This document shows positions 57,890 through 64,000 of a stretch of 64,000 nucleotides of DNA, piece by piece; positions within the stretch are counted from its first letter, which is position 1, and each line of letters opens with the position of its first letter. Both the position numbers and the translations under genes were made by a program. The notes beneath the pieces were generated by a model. It was not told where the DNA came from and did not search any database. It saw only the letters and a list, made by a program, of their open reading frames with translations. The DNA lies in assembly GCA_963726125.1 (NCBI GenBank), contig CAVSBG010000005.1, forward strand, positions 327,412-391,411, given 5' to 3'. This DNA is from an uncultured Alphaproteobacteria bacterium (GTDB lineage Bacteria > Pseudomonadota > Alphaproteobacteria > Acetobacterales > Acetobacteraceae).

Positions 57890-59167
57890 TTACGGCAATA
57901 GCGTGGTGGCTGGGAGCGCCTGGATCGTGGCGGGGCCGGTGGGGCCGGTGCTCCAGCGCAGACTGCCGACGGTGAAGCAATCCGGACAGCTGGGGTGCCA
58001 GGATGCGTGAGCCGTGTGGCAGGCGGTGCAACGCCATTGCGGGTCCGGGTCGGCGGATGCGGCGTGGCGGAGCGCGTTGCGCTGGTCGCCGCCCTCGGCT
58101 TCCTCGATTTCCGCCAGCAGAAGCCAGAGACGGCGCTGGTTGAGGCCGGTGGCGCGAGCGGCCTCGGCGTGGCGGCGGGCTTCGCCGGTTAGGCCGGCAT
58201 CCAGCGCGGTTCGGGCGAGCAGCAGGCGGCTTTCGGTGTGCTCGGGGTTGGCCTCGGTGAGCTTTTGGGCGGCTTGCAGGCGGGGCAGCGCGCCAGTGAT
58301 CGGGGCCAGGGCGAATTCGGCCAGGTCGGGATGCGGGGCGAGGGTCCAGGTGTGGCGGATCGTGACCAGGGCGCGGCTTTCGCGTCCCGCGGCTCGGAGC
58401 CGGCGAGCGTAGGCCAGGGCCGCCGGAGCCAGGGATGGGTCGTCCTGCCAGGCGTTCTTCGCGAGGCGGAGAGCGCGGTTGGCATCGGGTTCGGCATCGG
58501 CGGCGGCGGCGGCGAGCGCGGCCTTGGGGGCGTCGGCGTCCGCCAGGGACAGGGCGTCCGACCAATTTCCAGCGCGGACTGCGAGGCGTGCACGCTCGCG
58601 TCGCAGCCAGGCGGCGCCGGGCTGGACTGACTCGGCCTGGCGCGCGAGCGCGGCGGCTTCGGCCCAGTCCTCGCGCTCGACCGCCTGGCGCAGCAGGCCG
58701 CGCAGGCCGAGGAAGGCGGCGTCCGGCCGATCCGCCAGGGCACGGAAGGCGGTTTCGGCTTCGTCGGTGCGGCCGGCGAGGCGCCCGGCTTCGGCGGCGA
58801 GCAACAGGGTCGCCGGGGTGTCGCCAAGCAGGTGACGGGCGCGGCTCGCTTCACGCCGGGCATCGCCGGTTTCACCGGCGGCCAGGGCTAGTAGCGTGCG
58901 TGTCACTGCGACATCACCGGTGCGGCGCCAGCGGGCGTTGCGGTGAGCTCGCAGGGTACGCGGCAGGCGCCAGGTCGCGCCGAGCAGGCGGAACAGCAGG
59001 TAGAGTAGGACGAACAGCAGGACCGCGCCAAGCGCCATGACGGGTGATGCGGCCTCGAAGGTGATGTCGCCGATGTGGGCGGAGACCGTGCCGGGCAGGC
59101 TGGCCAGCGCCCAGGCGAGGGCGAGCACCAACACGGCAACCACCAGCACGCGCAGGATGCGGCGCAT
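57890..59167 (-). CDS. hemY: HemY-like protein (HemY_N domain, TPR-like region, C-terminal Cys-x2-Cys pairs)
   Basis: The N-terminus reads MRRILRVLVVAVLVLALAWALASLPGTVSAHIGDITFEA, followed by a second TM helix and RRTGDVAVTRTLLALAAGE. The C-terminus reads CTACHTAHASWHPSCPDC. Confidence 0.85.
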   Translation of the reverse strand: MRRILRVLVVAVLVLALAWALASLPGTVSAHIGDITFEAASPVMALGAVLLFVLLYLLFRLLGATWRLPRTLRAHRNARWRRTGDVAVTRTLLALAAGETGDARREASRARHLLGDTPATLLLAAEAGRLAGRTDEAETAFRALADRPDAAFLGLRGLLRQAVEREDWAEAAALARQAESVQPGAAWLRRERARLAVRAGNWSDALSLADADAPKAALAAAAADAEPDANRALRLAKNAWQDDPSLAPAALAYARRLRAAGRESRALVTIRHTWTLAPHPDLAEFALAPITGALPRLQAAQKLTEANPEHTESRLLLARTALDAGLTGEARRHAEAARATGLNQRRLWLLLAEIEEAEGGDQRNALRHAASADPDPQWRCTACHTAHASWHPSCPDCFTVGSLRWSTGPTGPATIQALPATTLLP

Positions 59168-60156
59168 CAGCCTTGGGTAGCCCAGGCGGCGAGCGCGGCC
59201 CTCGCGTCGAGCAGCGCGCGGGCCTGGGCGAGCCAGTCGGCCATCGGCTCGGCGGCCGGGCCGGTCAGGCTGGCGACGGCGGTTACCGCGCCGGCCAGGT
59301 CGCCGGCGTCGAGGGATCCGCGCGCGCGGGCCAGCACGCCCGCGGCGGCGTCGCCGACGATGACGTGGTCACCCTGGCGGATGGTGACGAGGTCCTGGGC
59401 GCGCAGCCAGATACGGTCGAGCAACGGCAGCCCGTCGGCGACGGGCCGGGACGCCGCCAAGGCTGCGGCCGCGGCGGGGGGGAACGCGAGGACCAGCTGT
59501 GCCTCAGTGGGGGGCTTGGCGGCGGCGAAGCGGGCGAGCGCCGGCGGCGCACCCTGGAGGGTGCCGAGAGGCTGGCCGGAGTCGAGCGCGATCCTGGCGG
59601 CCTGGATCTGGGCGGCGCGGCCGGCGGCTCTCTCCAGGACGGTCAGCCGAGCCTCCTCGGCATCGAGCCGGCGGACGAGGTCACCTTGCGCGGTTTGATC
59701 GCGGTTTGTCAGGGCGGCGATCTGCGACTGCAGGGGAGCGAGGTCAGGCAGTCGCCTCTGCTCCAATGCAGTGATCCGGGCAGTGAGCGGGCCGAGGTCG
59801 GGGGGCGTCGATTCGTCGGGCGGGCGTTGCTCGAGGGCCTTCAGGCGCGCCTCGATTGGGCCAAGGTCAGGAGCCGCGGTGGCGGGCGGGGGACGGCGCT
59901 CCAGGCTGGCCAGCCGGGATTGCAGTTCGTCGAGCTGTCGGGCGAGCGCCTCGACCTGGGGGGTCGCGGGCGGCGTCCGCGGATGCTGCCACACCCAGAA
60001 CAGGCCGACGGCCAGGACGACGAAGCCGATGCCGGACAGCCAGGGCAGCAGATGGAGCGGTGGCGGCGGGGAGGCAACCGGCGGCTCCGCGACCGGCTCG
60101 GGCGGCGGCGGCTCGGGGAGCGGTTCAGGGAGTGGTTTGGTGCCAGGTTCACTCAT
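59167..60156 (-). CDS. mitofilin/Mic60-like membrane protein (alphaproteobacterial HemX-position gene)
   Basis: A Pro-rich N-terminus is followed by one TM helix (LLPWLSGIGFVVLAVGLFWVW). Next come three tandem repeats of about 20 aa (PDLGPIEARLKALEQR / PDLGPLTARITALEQR / PDLAPLQSQIAALTNR). The C-terminal block reads WLRAQDLVTIRQGD...GDLAGAVTAVASL...ADWLAQARALLDA. The gene sits between hemD and hemY. Confidence 0.65.
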   Translation of the reverse strand: MSEPGTKPLPEPLPEPPPPEPVAEPPVASPPPPLHLLPWLSGIGFVVLAVGLFWVWQHPRTPPATPQVEALARQLDELQSRLASLERRPPPATAAPDLGPIEARLKALEQRPPDESTPPDLGPLTARITALEQRRLPDLAPLQSQIAALTNRDQTAQGDLVRRLDAEEARLTVLERAAGRAAQIQAARIALDSGQPLGTLQGAPPALARFAAAKPPTEAQLVLAFPPAAAAALAASRPVADGLPLLDRIWLRAQDLVTIRQGDHVIVGDAAAGVLARARGSLDAGDLAGAVTAVASLTGPAAEPMADWLAQARALLDARAALAAWATQG

Positions 60157-60896
60157 CGCAGCAGCGCGAGCATCGCGTCCTGATTGGGCTGGGCGGCGAC
60201 GCGGATGCGGCGCCAGGGGAGGGGCTGTAATGCCACGGCGGTGGACTGTCCGATAGCCAGGGCATCGACGGTTGCGACGGTATGGTCGAGGCGGGCGGCC
60301 TGGAGCAGACGGACACAGGTTCTCGCAGTCTCGGCGGAGAAGAACAGCGCGGCGGACAGCGTGCCGGCGGCGAAGGCTCGGTGGACCGGTTCGGGAAAGA
60401 TCGTGGCGGGGACCGCGGCGTAGACCACGCGGCGGATGACGCGGAAGCCGCTTGTGCGGAGATTGCTGGCGAGGGCGGTGCCCTGGTCCTGACCGGTGGC
60501 CAGCAGCAGCGGGCCGGCCAGGGGATCGCAGGAATGGGCCAGCAAGGCGGCGAGCGCCATGGCGTCGGCGCCGGCACTGGTGACCTGCTCAAAACCGGCG
60601 GCGCGGGCGTGGCGGGCGGTGGCGGCGCCGACGGCGAACAGCGGCAGGTGACGGTGACTGGTTGGCAAAGCCGGGATCGCGTTCCGGCTGGTGGCGACAA
60701 TCGCCTGGACGCGGGCGGACGGTGGCAGCGTGGCGTGGCGCTGGGCGATCATCAGCAACGGGGCAATGATGGGTCGCAGGCCGAGGGCCGTGATGCGGGC
60801 CGCGGTTTCGGCGGCGCCCGGTTCGGGGCGGGTGACCAGGACCGCAGCACGGTCAGGCGAAGAGGTCGCGGGGGGCGGCGGCACGTAGGCTGGCAC
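60153..60896 (-). CDS. hemD: uroporphyrinogen-III synthase
   Basis: The HEM4-like text reads VLVTRPEPGAAETAARITALGLRPIIAPLL. The position follows hemC. The annotated start overlaps hemC by 44 nt, so the true start is uncertain. Confidence 0.75.
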   Translation of the reverse strand: MPAYVPPPPATSSPDRAAVLVTRPEPGAAETAARITALGLRPIIAPLLMIAQRHATLPPSARVQAIVATSRNAIPALPTSHRHLPLFAVGAATARHARAAGFEQVTSAGADAMALAALLAHSCDPLAGPLLLATGQDQGTALASNLRTSGFRVIRRVVYAAVPATIFPEPVHRAFAAGTLSAALFFSAETARTCVRLLQAARLDHTVATVDALAIGQSTAVALQPLPWRRIRVAAQPNQDAMLALLR

Positions 60897-61788
60897 CGAG
60901 TTCTCCGCCGATGCGGGCGGCGTCCGCGACCGGGCCTTGCAGGTTGCGCTTCAGCAGGAAGCGGCCGTCGGGGCTGGCGATCAGGCCGATGAGGTGGAGG
61001 TCGCCCGCGGGCAGCAGACGCGCATAGGCACCGATGGGGGTTTGGCAGGAGCCGTCCAGGGCTGCAAGCATGGCGCGTTCGGCCGTGGAGGTGGCGTTGG
61101 ATTCAGGGTCGTCGATGGCGGCCAGAACTTCGCGCAGGCCGTTGTCAGCTGACCGGACCGTGATGCCGATGACGCCTTGGCTGGCGGCGGGGACCATCGT
61201 CTCCGGGTCGAGCACGAAGCTGGCGGCGTCGGCGCGACCGAGGCGGATCAGGCCGGCATAGGCGAGGACCGTGGCGGCGCAGGCGCCGGCTGCGAGTTTG
61301 GCGAGGCGGGTATCGACGTTGCCTCGGAGGGTGGCGATGGTGAGGTCCGGGCGCGCATGCATCACCTGCGCCTGGCGGCGGACCGAGGAGGTGCCGAGGA
61401 CGGCGCCGAAGGGGATGCAATCGAACGGGTTGGCGGGCTGAGGGGTCCGACAGTCCGGGCCGAGGATCAGCGCGTCGCGGGGATCCTCGCGAGGCAGCGT
61501 GCAGGCGAGGACGATGCCTGGGGGCAGCTCGGTTTCCAGATCCTTGAGGCTGTGCATGGCGAGATCGATGCGGCCGTCGAGCAGCGCCTCGTGGATCTCC
61601 TTGGCGAACAGACCCTTGCCGCCGAGGTCGGCGAGGCGGCGGTCCTGCACCGTATCGCCGGTGGTGCGGATGATGGTGGGTCCGGCGGCTCGGTGTGGTC
61701 GCAGGGCATCGATCACCAAACGGGTCTGGATCAGGGCGAGCGGCGAGCCTCGGGTGCCGACGCGGAGGGGTGGCATGGCAGCGGTCAT
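60853..61788 (-). CDS. hemC: hydroxymethylbilane synthase (porphobilinogen deaminase)
   Basis: The text reads LRVGTRGSPLALIQT...TTGD...GGKGLFAKEIHEALLDGRIDLAMHSLKD...TSSVRR...LRGNVDTRL...CQTPIGA. Confidence 0.9.
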   Translation of the reverse strand: MTAAMPPLRVGTRGSPLALIQTRLVIDALRPHRAAGPTIIRTTGDTVQDRRLADLGGKGLFAKEIHEALLDGRIDLAMHSLKDLETELPPGIVLACTLPREDPRDALILGPDCRTPQPANPFDCIPFGAVLGTSSVRRQAQVMHARPDLTIATLRGNVDTRLAKLAAGACAATVLAYAGLIRLGRADAASFVLDPETMVPAASQGVIGITVRSADNGLREVLAAIDDPESNATSTAERAMLAALDGSCQTPIGAYARLLPAGDLHLIGLIASPDGRFLLKRNLQGPVADAARIGGELGASLRAAAPRDLFA

Positions 61789-61829
61789 GGGGGCGTCGTA
61801 TTACTCTGGCGGGTTGGTGGGAAGTGCGA

Positions 61830-62927
61830 ATGCGGCCAGTGCTGGGCATCGAGACGTCGTGCGACGAGACCGCGGCTGCGGTGCTCGATGAGGATGGGCA
61901 CGTACTGGCGGAGGCGGTGGCGAGCCAGGAACGGGAGCATGCGCCGTACGGCGGGGTGGTACCGGAGATCGCCGCGCGGGCTCATCTGGCGATCCTGCCC
62001 GAACAAGTGCGGCGGGTGATGCGGCAGGCGGGGCTGGGGTTCGACGCACTGGGCGGCGTGGCGGCGAGTGCCGGGCCAGGGCTTATTGGCGGGCTGATCG
62101 TGGGCAGCCAGTTCGCCAAAGGGATCGCGATCGCGAACCGGATTCCATACGTGGCGGTTAACCACCTGGAAGCGCACGCGCTGACCGCCCGGCTGCCTGG
62201 GTTGGTGCCGGGGGGCGTCGAGTTTCCGTATCTGCTGCTGCTGGTGTCGGGCGGGCACTGCCAGTGCGTAGCGGTGGAAGGGGTGGGGCGACATGTTCGG
62301 TTCGGCACCACGCTGGACGACGCGGCGGGCGAGGCATTCGACAAGGTGGCGAAGCTGCTGGGGCTCGGCTGGCCGGGCGGGCCGGCGCTGGAGCGGCTGG
62401 CGGCGGGCGGGGATGCGGGGCGGTTCGGGTTCCCTCGGCCTCTGATGGGGCGGGCGGGGTGCGATTTCAGCTTCTCCGGGCTGAAGACGGCGGTCGCGCA
62501 GGAGGTGGTTCGGCATGGGGCCGGGGCACTGCCGGTGGGGCTGGCGGCCGATATCGCGGCCAGTTTCCAGCGCGCGGTGGCGGAGGTGCTGGCGGATCGA
62601 GCGTCGCATGCAATGGCGATGATGCGCGCCCCCTCCCCCCAGCCCCCTCCCGCAAGAGGAGGGGGAGCAGTAATTGCTGCTGCTGCTGTTGCGGGGCGTG
62701 TCCTGGTGGTGGCCGGAGGGGTGGCGGCGAACGGGGCGGTGCGGGCGGCTTTGGGGGCGGCCGCGGAGGCGCACGGGTTCACGCTGGTGGCGCCGCCGGT
62801 GCGGCTTTGCACGGACAACGCCGTGATGGTGGCCTGGGCTGGGATCGAGCGGTTGCGCCTGGGGCTGATGGATGGGCTGGATTTTGCCCCTCGGCCGCGG
62901 TGGCCGCTGGATCAGGTCACGGGCTGA
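61830..62927 (+). CDS. tsaD: tRNA N6-adenosine threonylcarbamoyltransferase TsaD
   Basis: The text reads MRPVLGIETSCDETAAAV...GGVVPEIAARAHL...VNHLEAHAL...LLVSGGH...VVAGGVAANG. The upstream extension to 61695 is rejected. Confidence 0.9.
   Translation: MRPVLGIETSCDETAAAVLDEDGHVLAEAVASQEREHAPYGGVVPEIAARAHLAILPEQVRRVMRQAGLGFDALGGVAASAGPGLIGGLIVGSQFAKGIAIANRIPYVAVNHLEAHALTARLPGLVPGGVEFPYLLLLVSGGHCQCVAVEGVGRHVRFGTTLDDAAGEAFDKVAKLLGLGWPGGPALERLAAGGDAGRFGFPRPLMGRAGCDFSFSGLKTAVAQEVVRHGAGALPVGLAADIAASFQRAVAEVLADRASHAMAMMRAPSPQPPPARGGGAVIAAAAVAGRVLVVAGGVAANGAVRAALGAAAEAHGFTLVAPPVRLCTDNAVMVAWAGIERLRLGLMDGLDFAPRPRWPLDQVTG
62626..62667. repeat. REP-like element copy lying inside the tsaD reading frame
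   Basis: The sequence gcgccccctccccccagccccctcccgcaagaggagggggag is 42 bp. It is near-identical to the right arm at 30605-30643. It is translated as ...RAPSPQPPPARGGG... and is followed by a (gct)4 run. Confidence 0.75.
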
Positions 62928-63676
62928 GTGGCGCGGTGCGGTGTATCGGCGGTGTCTCGCGGGTTTGTTTGGCGGGATTCTGTCTTGCGGGGTGAGATGG
63001 CGGGGAGCAAATCGGCCTCCTTGACCAGCTCCTGCATGAGGGGGCTGGTGCAGGCGACGATGGCGGCGACCAGGTCGGGCTCCGGGGCGCCGAAGTCGAT
63101 GTCGGGCGGCAGGCCGCCATGGGCGCGGATCAGCGCGGCCCGCTGCGGGTAGATTGCGGCGAACTGTTCGGCCGGCTCCATCTGCTCGTAGACGGGGTGG
63201 GGTGGTTCGTTGGGCACGGTGGGTGGTCGGGGTTGGAGCAGGGGCGGCGGCTGGGGCGCCATCAGCGAGCTGTCCTTGAACCAGTAGCCGGAGCGCTCCA
63301 TGGCGGCGGGGCGGAGGGCGTCCTCGGCCTTGCGGCGCTCGGCCTGGAGGCGGAGCAGGTTGCGGACTCCACTTTGGGAGTCGCGATCCATCCTGGAGGA
63401 CTGGTTGCGGAAGTTGTTGAGGGCGTCGACGGAGAGATTGGGGCGGGAGGCGTCTCGGAGGGCGTGCTTGGCGTGGAAGTCCTTGGCGACGATCTGGGCG
63501 GCTAGTTCGGCCTCGAAGGCGTTTTCCGGGATGAGGGCGGCAACGGCGGCCATGGCGCGCTCGTCGCGGATGGCGCGTGCCTCGGGCGTGTCGGGGGAAG
63601 GTGGCGGCAGGGTCCCGCAGAGTTCGGCGTAAATCTGGCGTGCGAGCCGGTCTGGGACGTTGGGGATTGGGTACAT
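62912..63676 (-). CDS. hypothetical protein (254 aa)
   Basis: This is the only ORF in this stretch with ordinary composition (MYPIPNVPDRLARQIYAELCG...). The overlapping 639-aa ORF is Pro/Arg-rich. I recognise no family. The 3' end overlaps the tsaD end by 16 nt. Confidence 0.45.
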   Translation of the reverse strand: MYPIPNVPDRLARQIYAELCGTLPPPSPDTPEARAIRDERAMAAVAALIPENAFEAELAAQIVAKDFHAKHALRDASRPNLSVDALNNFRNQSSRMDRDSQSGVRNLLRLQAERRKAEDALRPAAMERSGYWFKDSSLMAPQPPPLLQPRPPTVPNEPPHPVYEQMEPAEQFAAIYPQRAALIRAHGGLPPDIDFGAPEPDLVAAIVACTSPLMQELVKEADLLPAISPRKTESRQTNPRDTADTPHRATQPVT

Positions 63677-63770
63677 GGTGTGCCGGGGCCTTTGCTTCGG
63701 GCAAAGGGGCAGGTGGTGGTTATGGTGGATGGATACAATAGTTAGTTTTAATGACTGACGATTTAGAGTG

Positions 63771-63810
63771 CGGCTGCCGATGTTCGTCTTCGATGACGAA
63801 CGGCAGCTGC
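63771..63810. other. imperfect stem-loop in an A/T-rich intergenic patch
   Basis: gctgcc-gat-gttcgtc, then the loop ttcgat, then gacgaac-ggcagc. That gives 13 paired positions with a 3-nt bulge. Its function is unknown. Confidence 0.3.
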
Positions 63811-64000
63811 GTGGGGGAGTTGGTAAAGAATAACACTGGGGACAGTATCTGGGAGTGTCGCGCGTCGGTGACCTCAGAGGTTCATGTGGTGGATCAAGCG
63901 TTCTGCTGCGTCCGACGGCGTTAATGGGAAGTAGATGATTGTGGGCATGGATGGGCAGCTCCGTCCGGAGCCACCGGGAGTGTCGGCTTCTGGTTTTACT

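Noticed and set aside
57537-58565. 342-aa and 228-aa alternative-frame ORFs within hemY.
   Set aside because: The translations are Pro/Arg/Ala-rich. The hemY frame has a HemY_N domain, TM helices and TPR-like text.
61785-63704. A 639-aa ORF on the minus strand covering tsaD and the following gene.
   Set aside because: It is extremely Pro/Arg-rich and low in complexity. It is antisense or out of frame relative to the unmistakable tsaD sequence.
1-64000. rRNA, tRNA, tmRNA, riboswitches and prophage or defence-system genes.
   Set aside because: No cloverleaf-like or rRNA-like sequences caught my eye in the intergenic regions. I saw no nuclease, ATPase, SIR2 or TIR-type defence signatures and no phage structural genes among the ORFs. 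Absence by eye is not proof, and covariance-model scans would be needed.

Overview
This is a high-GC bacterial chromosomal segment. By eye, GC is about 65-75% over most of the window and falls to about 53-60% around 31.9-35.0 kb and in a few intergenic patches. Gene content and synteny look alphaproteobacterial: tsaD lies divergent from hemC-hemD-(mitofilin-like gene)-hemY, the tad pilus locus is of the cpa/ctp type, and a GC-rich REP-like palindrome family is present.

Gene content in order:
- 0-1.3 kb: two unassigned ORFs.
- 1.7-6.6 kb: a four-gene block of an APH-fold kinase, a divergent enolase, a D-2-hydroxyacid dehydrogenase and a GT4-like glycosyltransferase.
- 6.6-8.2 kb: two unassigned genes.
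- 8.3-21.9 kb: a 13.6 kb Tad/Flp pilus locus with genes for a lytic transglycosylase, flp, cpaA-F, tadB-G and a PAP2 protein. The outer-membrane genes cpaC and cpaD are broken by five frame changes.
- 22.1-26.5 kb: an ECF sigma/anti-sigma pair next to a disrupted MFS transporter and a frameshifted Met-rich multicopper oxidase.
- 26.6-31.9 kb: an acyl-CoA module of two ACADs, a DUF35 protein, a frameshifted SCP-x-type thiolase and a family III CoA-transferase.
- 32.1-36.1 kb: a lower-GC patch with genes for a membrane protein, a DUF202 protein, an arylsulfatase and a BNR-repeat propeller.
- 36.2-50.0 kb: a long catabolic block.
- 50.0-55.4 kb: a glycan block with a 1169-aa multidomain glycosyltransferase and two tandem GT92-like paralogues.
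- 55.4-57.8 kb: an MR/MLE enzyme and two tandem M23 peptidases.
- 57.9-62.9 kb: the hem/tsaD cluster.

I found no rRNA, tRNA, CRISPR array, transposase or integrase. I cannot point to an unambiguous new system. The most unusual observations are listed as findings, and most of them need database or read-level checks that I cannot run here.
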